From: a bacterium
GTDB taxonomy: Bacteria; UBA10199; 2-02-FULL-50-16; JAJFLM01
DNA: 64,000 nt
Assembly (NCBI GenBank): GCA_965216315.1
Contig: CBDCFN010000016.1
Location: 1,984,001 to 2,048,000, forward strand
Direction: 5' to 3'
In this document: positions 20,294-29,858 of the stretch, piece by piece
Position numbering within the stretch: the stretch's first letter is position 1
Layout: the number at the start of each line of letters is the position of its first letter
Translations under genes and position numbers: made by a program
The notes under the pieces: generated by a model
Database searches by the model: none
Told to the model about the DNA's origin: nothing
Seen by the model: the letters and a program-made list of their open reading frames with translations, nothing else

Positions 20294-22141
20294 ATGATTC
20301 AAGCCATCGGCATCAGCAAACATTTCGGACATCATGTCCTCTTCGACAAGATTACTTTTTCTCTGACAAAGGGTGAGAAAGTAGGCCTAGTCGGCCGTAA
20401 CGGCTCCGGTAAATCCACGCTCTTTAGAATTATCCTCGGCGAGCTCGCGCCTGATGAAGGAGAAATAAGCGTCCCAAAAGGCTATCGCATCGGAACCCTT
20501 CCCCAGCACATCCACTTTTCTAAAAATACTCTGTTGGAAGAAGGTTGCCTGGCTCTGAGTGAGGATGAGCAATGGGACCATTATAAGGTAGAACGCATCC
20601 TCTCCGGCCTTGGATTTTCCGCGGAGGATTTCAATAAAAATCCAGACACATTTTCCGGGGGATTTCAGATTCGCATTAATTTGGCCAAGGCCCTCGTCCA
20701 AAATCCTGACATGTTGCTTTTGGACGAACCGACCAACTACCTGGATATCGTCAGCCAACGTTGGCTCAAACAATACTTGGCCGCCTATCCCGGTGAAATC
20801 ATTCTCATCACCCACGATCGACAATTCATGGACGGTGCCACAACGCATATTATGGGGCTTCATCGCGAACGTTTAAAAAAGATCAAGGGCAATACACTCA
20901 AATACTATACTCAGATCCAGGAGGAGGAAGAAAACTACGAGCGCACCCGCAAGAACCAAGCGCAAACCAAAAAACATTTAGAAAAATATATCAATCGCTT
21001 TCGCTCAAGCGCCCGCCGGGCCTCTCAAGCCCAGTCACGCGTCAAACAATTAGCCAAACTCGATGATTTAAAAGCTTTGAAACAAGAACGCAATCTGGAG
21101 TTTTCATTCAACCATACGCCCTGTCCCGGAAAAACAATCATGACCGCAAAAAATCTGCGTTTTGGTTATGACAAGGGGCCATTACTGATCGATCACTTGT
21201 CATTTACAATTGGGCGAAACGATCGCATCGGCATCATCGGCAAAAATGGAAAAGGAAAGTCCACACTGCTTAATTTACTCGCAGGAGAATTGAAACCGAT
21301 CAAAGGCACCATTACGTCACACCCAAGTTTGCAAATCGGTCACTTCGGGCAAACCAACGTCAATCGCCTGAATCCAGAACTGACGGTGGCCCAGGAAGTT
21401 GCCGCCTCCAATTCGGAACTGACAATGGAACAGGCCCGCTCAATATGCGGGACGATGATGTTTGAGCAGGACTTGGCACTTAAAAAAATCCGCGTGCTTT
21501 CCGGCGGCGAGCGCAGCCGCGTCTTATTGGGTAAAATACTGGCCAACCGTTCTAACTTACTCCTACTCGATGAACCGACCAATCACTTAGACCAAGAATC
21601 GGTTGAAGGTCTTATCGACGGGCTCGAGGTCTTCGAAGGCGCGGTAGCGATCGTGACGCATAGTGAGATGATCCTCAGCCAACTCGTCAATAAGCTTGTC
21701 GTTTTTCACCGGGGCCATGTGGAATTTATCGAAGGGTCGTATGACTACTTTCTAGACAAATATGGCTGGGATGATGATGAAGAGGCGGTCGTACCGCCAA
21801 AAGCCGAAGAAATCACTATCAATAAAAAAGAGCTGCGCAAGCAGCGTTCTCAAATCATCAATCAGCGTTCTAAAATCTTAAACCCTTTAAAAAAGAAAAT
21901 GGACAAACTAGAAAATGAAATCTCTGAACTGGAAAGCGCCTTAAAGGAAACAAATGATGCGCTTATTCAGGCCTCCAAAGAGAATAATGTGGATCAGTTT
22001 GTCATTCTCTCCAAGGCAAGCAAAGAACACCAAAAAACTATTGACAAGAACTACGTAAAGCTCGAAGAACTGACGGACAAATATGAGAGAGAAAGCGCCT
22101 CTTTTGAAACCAAGCTAAGCGAAATGGAAGATATCAATTGA
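20294..22141 (+). CDS. ABC-F family ATPase (ribosome-associated)
   Basis: Two ABC cassettes (GRNGSGKS/FSGG/LLLDEPTN; GKNGKGKS/LSGGE/LLLDEPTN), no TM segments, C-terminal coiled coil. Confidence 0.95.
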   Translation: MIQAIGISKHFGHHVLFDKITFSLTKGEKVGLVGRNGSGKSTLFRIILGELAPDEGEISVPKGYRIGTLPQHIHFSKNTLLEEGCLALSEDEQWDHYKVERILSGLGFSAEDFNKNPDTFSGGFQIRINLAKALVQNPDMLLLDEPTNYLDIVSQRWLKQYLAAYPGEIILITHDRQFMDGATTHIMGLHRERLKKIKGNTLKYYTQIQEEEENYERTRKNQAQTKKHLEKYINRFRSSARRASQAQSRVKQLAKLDDLKALKQERNLEFSFNHTPCPGKTIMTAKNLRFGYDKGPLLIDHLSFTIGRNDRIGIIGKNGKGKSTLLNLLAGELKPIKGTITSHPSLQIGHFGQTNVNRLNPELTVAQEVAASNSELTMEQARSICGTMMFEQDLALKKIRVLSGGERSRVLLGKILANRSNLLLLDEPTNHLDQESVEGLIDGLEVFEGAVAIVTHSEMILSQLVNKLVVFHRGHVEFIEGSYDYFLDKYGWDDDEEAVVPPKAEEITINKKELRKQRSQIINQRSKILNPLKKKMDKLENEISELESALKETNDALIQASKENNVDQFVILSKASKEHQKTIDKNYVKLEELTDKYERESASFETKLSEMEDIN

Positions 22142-22572
22142 TTAGCATAAGAAACCTGCTTACAAGTTGTTTATTAAGCCTTTTGCTAGTGGCGTGTGGC
22201 ACTTTAGGCTCAAACTCCGCTGACCACGGCCACAATCCCGGAAATTTAACGATCTATTTCGAGGATAACGAATATACGGTCCCGATCGAGGCACAGTTGC
22301 ATCTCATCGATATGGTCAGGTTTCTTGAACATCATCGTGATTCCTCTGTTGAAGTCTCCGGGCATACTCATCGGAAAAAGGGAAAGCGACGGAGCATAAT
22401 GACTTCCAATAAGCTTGTCCAACTCGTCAGTGATCATTTACTGCGCCTCGGCATCAACCCGACCCGACTCCGTACGTCAGCCTCCAATGACTTGCCTTCG
22501 GCTCAAGAGGCGCCCCGCGTTGAAGTGAAATTAGTCAGAGCGGCAACCCTGTTGACTCCCGTAAACAGATAG
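22138..22572 (+). CDS. OmpA-like domain lipoprotein
   Basis: Lipobox LVAC; IYF...VEVSGHT...LGINPTRL...RVEV pattern. Confidence 0.75.
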   Translation: MISIRNLLTSCLLSLLLVACGTLGSNSADHGHNPGNLTIYFEDNEYTVPIEAQLHLIDMVRFLEHHRDSSVEVSGHTHRKKGKRRSIMTSNKLVQLVSDHLLRLGINPTRLRTSASNDLPSAQEAPRVEVKLVRAATLLTPVNR

Positions 22573-22585
22573 TTTCACAGCTCCG

Positions 22586-22613
22586 AAACCCCACACTCTC
22601 GGAACGCCGATAA
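22586..22613 (+). promoter_or_regulatory. Sigma28-like promoter
   Basis: AAAC-N16-GCCGATAA, 9 nt before ATG 22623. Confidence 0.5.
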
Positions 22614-22622
22614 ATACAGACT

Positions 22623-22952
22623 ATGAAACAGCTCAAACTATTTGCGCTTTTACTCACTTTCGCCTGCGCGGCGTGTACCGGCAGTACCACGCCAACTAAC
22701 AGCAGCGACACTCCCAGCGACGTTGAAATCAGCGTTCCAAGTACCCCAACAGGTCAGGAGCCTGAAACATCAGCCGATCCTTCGGATTCGAATGTCGCAA
22801 CCGAAGCAGGTGAAAACGAGAACGAAGACGCACCCAACAATCCAGATGGTGGCACGACTCAAGAAGAAAATGAAGCAGAAGAAACAGGCCTCTCAACGGC
22901 GCAAACCATGGCCGTTATCCAGCAGGTCCTATTTTCAAAACATATTAACTAG
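22623..22952 (+). CDS. Acidic low-complexity lipoprotein
   Basis: Lipobox CAAC; S/T/E/P-rich tail and short C-terminal helix. Confidence 0.75.
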   Translation: MKQLKLFALLLTFACAACTGSTTPTNSSDTPSDVEISVPSTPTGQEPETSADPSDSNVATEAGENENEDAPNNPDGGTTQEENEAEETGLSTAQTMAVIQQVLFSKHIN

Positions 22953-22987
22953 CAATAAAATCACTTTATACCACTGGAGGTAATCCA

Positions 22988-23485
22988 ATGACAGGATTCA
23001 AAAAAATCATAGTGAGCATGGGCGCTCTGGCTCTCATGCTTTCAACCGTAACAAGCTGGGCGGCTCAACCGGGCAACGGAAACCTTCCCTCAAGCAATAA
23101 CCCGGCTAATGAGGCAGCGAATGCCGCTAACATTGACTTGACAGTTCCAACAGGTTGCAAGGTCAAATCAATTGAAACTCCTGGTTTTGGTTCATTTATA
23201 TGCGATAAAGGACCCGACGAAAATGGTATGAACCTCAATCCAGAACTTGAACTCGATAAAGATTCCAAGGCCAAAAACATTCTGGTCAAGGTCAGTTGCG
23301 GTTCGGCGGAAAAATCCGTTTTAGTCGAATCAAAAGAATATTCTGATAACTGGAAGTTGATCTATAGCCAATTATTGGCCGCGCAACTCTCAGGGAATAA
23401 AATCAAGTTTGGCCTTGGCAACTTAGCAACTTGCGGCAATACAGATCTCGCAATTGCCAAGTCCGTCATTCTCCTGAATCAATAG
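22988..23485 (+). CDS. Small secreted hypothetical protein
   Basis: RBS GGAGG; signal peptide ending SWA; four Cys; YSQLLAAQLSGNKIKF segment. Confidence 0.8.
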   Translation: MTGFKKIIVSMGALALMLSTVTSWAAQPGNGNLPSSNNPANEAANAANIDLTVPTGCKVKSIETPGFGSFICDKGPDENGMNLNPELELDKDSKAKNILVKVSCGSAEKSVLVESKEYSDNWKLIYSQLLAAQLSGNKIKFGLGNLATCGNTDLAIAKSVILLNQ

Positions 23486-23502
23486 CAATAGTCCTAGCAT
23501 GC

Positions 23503-23535
23503 AAAAAAGGGCCTCACAGATGTGAGGCCCTTTTT
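23503..23535. terminator. Bidirectional Rho-independent terminator
   Basis: AAAAAGGGCCTCACA-GA-TGTGAGGCCCTTTTT perfect hairpin. Confidence 0.9.
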
Positions 23536-23552
23536 ATTAAAGAAGCCATAAT

Positions 23553-24677
23553 ATGACAACAACAACAAGACCATCGACTCCCCTTCAGATTTTGAACGCC
23601 TATCACCGAATCGCGCGTTTTGAGGGTCTGACAGTCAAGGAACTAGCGAGTCGTCTACCGCAGACGATACCCCAGCGGCTACGGCAATTCGTACTCACGA
23701 AAGTCGCTCAAATCGTCTCTTCTGATACAGCCGCGGGAACAAACTCAAAACGGATCGACCCCTGGGGCGAGGCCATGCAAGTGGCCGCATTGGTACAGAG
23801 CCACCTTAATAGATATCTCAATAAACCGATCCAGAAATATGATAATCCCGTTTACGTTCAAGAATTACGATTCGGCCGGCTGGAAGCAAAGCGGAATAAG
23901 ATTTTAGCTAATTTTTCTATGCCCAGCACCAAGCATCCTGTTCTCAACGTCCTCCGCAGGCTACCCATCCGCTACATTGATTCCTTACGAGGCATTCGTG
24001 TCTTTTATAACGCGGCTACAACGATTGAAAAAAAGCACCCTGATTTGATTAAAGACCGCAAACTAACGGTTCTCTACCCCGCCAGCGGAAGCCATCTGGC
24101 TCCGCTGATGACAGCAATCCGTTTAATAGATCGTAACAAGATCGATTCAGGTGAATTCACCTATACTGATATCGATAAACAGCATATTAGTAAGATTGAG
24201 AGGCAACTGATGTTCCTCTTGAAGAATCGCGTGATCACTAACTATACGGTCCATTCAGCCAAAATATTTGGCAATAATGGCACTGAGCATCGCTATGAGT
24301 TTCAATATAAAGGAAAGAAAGTCTCAATTGTCCTGGCCCTCAACCGTAGTGGTAAGAGTTATTGGAGGCCTGAATATGCTCGTGGAGCAGATCTCGTGAT
24401 ACTCCATGACACTGAAGGAAAAAATGCAGAGCTCATCAAGCAACTTAGCAAAGAAAAAAGCAGCCATCGAGCCGCATCGCCGCAAGTCATTCTTACCGAG
24501 GGACGCGAAAGCGCTTCTAAACAGGTGAAAAAACCATCTCAATCTCATTACATCGAAATTCAGGGACAGTATGGCCACTGTGACGGATTTTTCACGACAG
24601 CAGCTCCGCGCGGCGGCGTTGAATTTAGTCGTTGTGCCTACACGAGCGGTCTGCTCTTTGAGAACAAACGTAAATAA
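23553..24677 (+). CDS. Hypothetical protein, possible Rossmann/SAM-methyltransferase-like C-terminal domain
   Basis: VLYPASGSH followed by FTYTDID resembles motif I/II; no signal peptide. Confidence 0.6.
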   Translation: MTTTTRPSTPLQILNAYHRIARFEGLTVKELASRLPQTIPQRLRQFVLTKVAQIVSSDTAAGTNSKRIDPWGEAMQVAALVQSHLNRYLNKPIQKYDNPVYVQELRFGRLEAKRNKILANFSMPSTKHPVLNVLRRLPIRYIDSLRGIRVFYNAATTIEKKHPDLIKDRKLTVLYPASGSHLAPLMTAIRLIDRNKIDSGEFTYTDIDKQHISKIERQLMFLLKNRVITNYTVHSAKIFGNNGTEHRYEFQYKGKKVSIVLALNRSGKSYWRPEYARGADLVILHDTEGKNAELIKQLSKEKSSHRAASPQVILTEGRESASKQVKKPSQSHYIEIQGQYGHCDGFFTTAAPRGGVEFSRCAYTSGLLFENKRK

Positions 24678-25998
24678 TATCAGCTGTCCAATGACTCCAA
24701 GAGCAGCTTACGAATAGGCTGTACCTGACTCGTTCGACATCAGACTCTTTTGAAAATCGAAATTTCTTTAACCGCTCAACCGTATTCTTGTCGCCTCCTA
24801 GCCGCTGCAAAAAAGCATCCCATTCTTTTTTCTGGGCGGCTGTCAGCCTTTCGTACCACATGATGTATTGCAATAATTCCCAATCTTTCAACGCGATTTT
24901 CCCAAAACGCGCTTGTTGAAACTCACCGGCAGCCTCAATCCACGTCGCGTAAGCCAGTCTGGGCAACTTGTTTGTCGACAGAGTCATATTCCATGTCAGG
25001 CGTTGCTGTTTCGCATCCCACGCCCCGTTGCTTTCCAAAGGTTGTCGAGACGCTAAGAAAACAACCCTGAGTTCATCCCCTAAAATGAAGGATAAACCCA
25101 GCGCTAAGTCATCACCTATCTCTTCAAGCACATCTTCCGGTTCTGGGGCCTGCTCTTGACGCGTTTTTTTCCACTGCGCCTCTCTTTGTTTCCATTCGTC
25201 GGTCGTACGAATATAGGCTAGAATTGATTTTTCCAACTCCTTTGCGAAGAGCAGGTTGATCAATTCGGTAATCAGCGGGGACTCCTTGTTCAGCTGCAGC
25301 TTGCGCGCAAGAACAACGCGAAGGACTCCCTGGAGTGCTTCTTTGCCTGTTTCGAGCGGCTTATCTTCCATCAAACGACTCAATTGCGGCCACTGCTGCG
25401 GCGGAAAATATTTGTGTTCCGCGAGATAGAGGACGGCGCGCGCTATACTTTCTTTGTCGGCCGACCAAAGATAGAGAATCAAGTTTTTCGCGTCTTCGCG
25501 CAATTCCTGCTTAATAAATTGATCGAGTTGCGACCACCCAGGTTTATCCCCTAGCTTGGAGCGCAACCAGCCCTTGATCAGGTCGACCAGCTCATCGACG
25601 GCTTTTTGTTGTTTCGCAATGGACCCGGCCATGTCGTCATTTCCGCGGAAACGTTCCATATAATAAGAAACCGATCCCAAGGAGGTATCATAGTGCCTCC
25701 AATAGCCCACCCCGCCTATATCATTCGGTGTGTCTTCCTTAAACTGGGCCTTGAGTTTAAATTTTTTTGGCTCCGCATTGGGGAGCTTTTGATGATACGC
25801 CGTCGCAATTCGTTCTAGCTCGGCCTTGTGCGGTGTTTTTAAGCTATATTGGCGCGTGAGGTGACTCTCCCGCCAAAACACAAGTTGGCGGTCCAGAACT
25901 TCTCCCTGCGCTTTCATTTCAACTTCGTAGACGTTTCGCGAACAGGCGGCGCTCAGCGCCAGCAAAAACAGTAAAGTGATCCATCGAAGTTTGGGCAT
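24625..25998 (-). CDS. Hypothetical lipoprotein
   Basis: 457-aa ORF, lipobox SAAC, RBS AAGGA. Confidence 0.75.
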   Translation of the reverse strand: MPKLRWITLLFLLALSAACSRNVYEVEMKAQGEVLDRQLVFWRESHLTRQYSLKTPHKAELERIATAYHQKLPNAEPKKFKLKAQFKEDTPNDIGGVGYWRHYDTSLGSVSYYMERFRGNDDMAGSIAKQQKAVDELVDLIKGWLRSKLGDKPGWSQLDQFIKQELREDAKNLILYLWSADKESIARAVLYLAEHKYFPPQQWPQLSRLMEDKPLETGKEALQGVLRVVLARKLQLNKESPLITELINLLFAKELEKSILAYIRTTDEWKQREAQWKKTRQEQAPEPEDVLEEIGDDLALGLSFILGDELRVVFLASRQPLESNGAWDAKQQRLTWNMTLSTNKLPRLAYATWIEAAGEFQQARFGKIALKDWELLQYIMWYERLTAAQKKEWDAFLQRLGGDKNTVERLKKFRFSKESDVERVRYSLFVSCSWSHWTADIIYVCSQRADRSCRHND

Positions 25999-26069
25999 GG
26001 TAAGTTTCCTTGCTTGAGCTGCTTATTATGCTAGATTAGCCGCCTATTGACAGCAAAAAGAGGACGCTT

Positions 26070-28247
26070 ATGAAGCAAAAGTCGAGCGTAGGGGGATTTG
26101 ACTCAATCTTTTATTCGTTAGGAGAAGCCAACCGAGTTGGCTGGTGGCGAATGTGGCGCGCCCTCTCCTCTCGCAATACCTGCAAAACATGCGCTCTCGG
26201 AATGGGCGGCCAAAAAGGCGGAATGCGCAACGAACTCGGGCACTGGCCTGAAGTCTGCAAAAAATCGTTTCAGGCGATGGCGAGCGACATGCAAAAAGCC
26301 ATCCCTGAAGCATTCTTTGAGCAGCATTCCATCGAAAAATTGCGATCCCTTTCCGAGCGCGAACTTGAAGCAGCTGGGCGCCTGGCATTTCCTCTCTATT
26401 CAGGACCCAATGACACCCACTATCGGCGCATCCCGTGGAACAAGACCTTTAGCATCCTTAGTACCCAACTGAAAGCAACGCCTCCTGAACAAAGTTTTTT
26501 CTATCTAAGCGGGCGTTCTTCCAATGAGGCCGGCTTCCTCTTACAACTAATGGCACGCTTGTATGGAACCAATCACATCAACAACTGTTCTTATTATTGT
26601 CACCAAGCCAGCGGCGTCGGCTTAACTGAAGCCATCGGCAGCGGCACGGCAACCATCACCTTGGATGACGTAGAACACTGCGATCTTTTCTGGTTGTTCG
26701 GAGGCAACCCGAGCTCCAATCATCCCCGCTTAATGAGTTCCCTGATGCGCCTCAAGCACCGTGGAGGCAAGATCATTGTCGTCAACCCGGCTAAAGAAAC
26801 CGGCCTCTTAAGCTTTCGCATCCCTTCCAACCTCAAATCATTAGGATTTGGCACTAAAATGGCGGACCACTACGTTCAACTCAATATAGGCAGCGATGTA
26901 GCGTTGATCATGGGAATCGCCAAGGCCTTGCTCGCAAAGCATGAGATCGATACTGATTTCATTGCCGATGCAACGGACCACTGGGAAGAGTATCTCCAGC
27001 TAATTGATAGTACGTCTTGGGATGAGATTACTGCACAATCCGGTATCAATCGCCGTGAAATCGAATTGCTCGCTCAGACTTACGCGCAATCCGAAAAATC
27101 AATATTCGCTTGGACAATGGGAATCACCCATCATCTGCATGGCGTTGAGAATGTCCAGAGCATCGTTAACTTGGCATTGTTACGCGGCATGGTCGGAAAA
27201 CCCCATGCCGGCCTGCTCCCCCTCCGTGGTCATAGTAATGTCCAGGGGATGGGAACCGTTAACGTCATCCCAACGCTCAAATCCGCCGTCACCCAACGCC
27301 TTAAAGATCAGGGGATTTCAATCCCGACCATGCCCGGCTACGACACGATGCGATGCATGGAAGCCGCAGAACGGGGCGAAATGCGCTTCGCCTGGTGTTT
27401 AGGAGGTAACCTCTACGGCTCTAATCCCGATAGCCGTTTTGCCGAACGGTCGCTCAACAATATCGACACGATTGCCTATCTCAATACGACCCTCAATAGC
27501 GGGCACGCCTATGGGACCGGCAAAGAAACACTCATTCTACCCGTCGTCGCACGCGATGAAGAAAAGCAAAAGACGACCCAGGAATCGATGTTTAGCTACA
27601 TCCGGCTGAGCGATGGGGGCAAAAAACGCCTCAAAGAAACCAAGAGTGAAGTAGAAATCATTGCCTCAGTCGCGAGCGCCATCTTAGGCAAGAACTCTCC
27701 CGTGCCGTGGGAAGAGATGAAAACTCACAGTAAAATTCGCGCTTTGCTTGCCAAAAGTATTCCAGGCCTCGAAGCACTAAAAAAAATTGATACGACTAAA
27801 AAAGAATTCACTATTCCGGGACGAATTTTTCACCAACCCCAATTCAATACGGATACCGGCCGAGCTAAATTCTCACTCCACGCGATCCCAAAGCAAGGTA
27901 CAAAAAGCCCAAGTGAACTGACTCTAATGTCCGTCCGCTCGGAAGGTCAGTTTAACACGGTTGTTTATGATGAAGAAGATAGTTGGCGCGATATCAAACG
28001 TCGCGATGTCATCCTCATGAACCAAGAGGATATTGAGCGATTAGGGCTCAAGCCGGATCAGCAGGTAACAATTCAATCTGAAACCGGTAAGCTCGAAAAT
28101 ATTTTAGTCACGCCCTATGACATCAAAGCAGGCAATGCCCTCATGTATTATCCTGAGGTCAATATCTTGATCTCGCGTGCTGTCGACCCACGTTCCCGAA
28201 CGCCTGCCTTTAAAGCGACGCATATTACAATACACGCGGCGCAATAA
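26070..28247 (+). CDS. FdhF/YdeP family molybdopterin oxidoreductase
   Basis: CKTCALGMGG, SGRSSNE, NNCSYYCHQAS, LRGHSNVQG, RSEGQFNTVVY, YYPE motifs. Confidence 0.93.
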   Translation: MKQKSSVGGFDSIFYSLGEANRVGWWRMWRALSSRNTCKTCALGMGGQKGGMRNELGHWPEVCKKSFQAMASDMQKAIPEAFFEQHSIEKLRSLSERELEAAGRLAFPLYSGPNDTHYRRIPWNKTFSILSTQLKATPPEQSFFYLSGRSSNEAGFLLQLMARLYGTNHINNCSYYCHQASGVGLTEAIGSGTATITLDDVEHCDLFWLFGGNPSSNHPRLMSSLMRLKHRGGKIIVVNPAKETGLLSFRIPSNLKSLGFGTKMADHYVQLNIGSDVALIMGIAKALLAKHEIDTDFIADATDHWEEYLQLIDSTSWDEITAQSGINRREIELLAQTYAQSEKSIFAWTMGITHHLHGVENVQSIVNLALLRGMVGKPHAGLLPLRGHSNVQGMGTVNVIPTLKSAVTQRLKDQGISIPTMPGYDTMRCMEAAERGEMRFAWCLGGNLYGSNPDSRFAERSLNNIDTIAYLNTTLNSGHAYGTGKETLILPVVARDEEKQKTTQESMFSYIRLSDGGKKRLKETKSEVEIIASVASAILGKNSPVPWEEMKTHSKIRALLAKSIPGLEALKKIDTTKKEFTIPGRIFHQPQFNTDTGRAKFSLHAIPKQGTKSPSELTLMSVRSEGQFNTVVYDEEDSWRDIKRRDVILMNQEDIERLGLKPDQQVTIQSETGKLENILVTPYDIKAGNALMYYPEVNILISRAVDPRSRTPAFKATHITIHAAQ

Positions 28248-28254
28248 ATTCTTG

Positions 28255-28902
28255 TTATTCGGAGAACCCCACCGATACGAGCTTGGGTTGAGTCCCATCA
28301 TCGAGAGTAAAATCATCCCAGAATTGATGGGCAGCCCCATAGAGAAGGACGACATCAGCACCCGGGTTATCGCTTAAATATTGTTGGATCTGATGCGCCG
28401 CGAATTTTTCACGAACGTCCATAATCAGTTTGTCTCGCATCACATCATCGTCTGTAGTGGCAATCCGGCGATGGACTTCGTCTTCAGTCGCACAATTGGA
28501 GATTGTTCGGTGAATTTGGACGTCAGGATCCAATTTAAAATATACGAGTGACGATCCATAGAGCGCTAACTGAACCAGTTGATCCGGCTGCGGATCGGCA
28601 AGAAATTCCTCAATATCGCCTGGATGTTCCAATCCCGGCACGACAAAATCATCCCTGCTCAATTCTCCGCAAACGCCTTCAGAGAAAATATGGCGGGGTT
28701 GGGTTTCAACAAAGTATTTTAGGATTTTGAACTGGAATCGACCTATTTCGAGAAGCTCCGCTTCGGTCATCCCTTCAACGAAATGAATCTGACGCACAAA
28801 GGTGACCTGACCGGCATCAGGATTTCCATCCAGCTCGACATGAAATTCACGCCGTTCTGCGGACTCAACCGCTACGACACCTTCTTCGGAACGCACCTCC
28901 AC
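28255..28902 (-). CDS. Hypothetical protein
   Basis: 215-aa ORF with IFSEG and LLYGAAH segments; no confident family. Confidence 0.6.
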   Translation of the reverse strand: MEVRSEEGVVAVESAERREFHVELDGNPDAGQVTFVRQIHFVEGMTEAELLEIGRFQFKILKYFVETQPRHIFSEGVCGELSRDDFVVPGLEHPGDIEEFLADPQPDQLVQLALYGSSLVYFKLDPDVQIHRTISNCATEDEVHRRIATTDDDVMRDKLIMDVREKFAAHQIQQYLSDNPGADVVLLYGAAHQFWDDFTLDDGTQPKLVSVGFSE

Positions 28903-29005
28903 ATAGGCTTATCTTGCAAGCTTAATGCCAAGGTTAAAGGTGAACTGTTACCAATAACTCCCTATTTTTATTTAAGATTTTTTCGCGCGTCCCTATCGCA
29001 CCATT

Positions 29006-29035
29006 CGAGACTGAGGACTCCCCCCCTCAGTCTCG
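29006..29035. other. Intergenic stem-loop
   Basis: CGAGACTGAGG / CCTCAGTCTCG 11-bp perfect stem between divergent genes. Confidence 0.5.
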
Positions 29036-29101
29036 GCAAGTCAGTCTCCAAACCTGGCCTGATATGAATCATACCCCCGCTGCGCTATACTGGTCCGCAA
29101 G

Positions 29102-29851
29102 ATGGATTCAAGCGAGCGCATCGGAATTGTCATGCTTCACCCTAGCTGTAATATGGTGTGTAGCTTTTGTGTCACGGAAGACAGCTTTGCTGCGATGACC
29201 TTTGAACAGGCGGTTGAGTTGCTTCACACCTTAAAAGCAATCGACATCCATAACATCGTGTTTGGAGGGGGGGAACCCTTCACCTGGGAACACGACCTTG
29301 TCAGACTAACCGAGATCGCCAAACAAATGGACTTTTTGGTTCAAGTCGGAACCAATGGCATAGGCATGCCCGCCAATTTTGAGAGGCTCCCTTCTATCGA
29401 CCGCTACTGTCTTCCGCTCGAGTCGGCGGACCCAAAGCGACACAATTCAATCCGGCTCTATAAAGGAGAACACCACTCGATTATCATTGAGAGACTTGAG
29501 GCGCTCCAACAAACCCGGAAATCCGTGACCATCTCAACCGTCATTCATCAGGAAAATCTCGATGGCTTGCAGGAACTTGGCTATTTATTGAGAGACTACC
29601 ATGAGAAAAGTCATAATATACATGCTTGGCATCTCTACAAGTTTATTCCTGAAGGGCGCGGGGGGCGCCCTAATGCGGATCGCCTTTCAATTTCCGGACA
29701 GACTTTTGACCGCATTGTCGCTGAACTCAAGCAGATGAATTTGGGCTTCACTATTTATAAGCGCAGAGATATGTTCCAATCTCGATCGGTTGGCTTCTTT
29801 TGGTATCTGGATGATCAACTGAAGTCTACCTGGAGCCAATTAAAAGGATAA
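29102..29851 (+). CDS. Radical SAM protein
   Basis: CNMVCSFC, GGGEPF, GTNG motifs. Confidence 0.9.
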   Translation: MDSSERIGIVMLHPSCNMVCSFCVTEDSFAAMTFEQAVELLHTLKAIDIHNIVFGGGEPFTWEHDLVRLTEIAKQMDFLVQVGTNGIGMPANFERLPSIDRYCLPLESADPKRHNSIRLYKGEHHSIIIERLEALQQTRKSVTISTVIHQENLDGLQELGYLLRDYHEKSHNIHAWHLYKFIPEGRGGRPNADRLSISGQTFDRIVAELKQMNLGFTIYKRRDMFQSRSVGFFWYLDDQLKSTWSQLKG

Positions 29852-29858
29852 TTGAACC

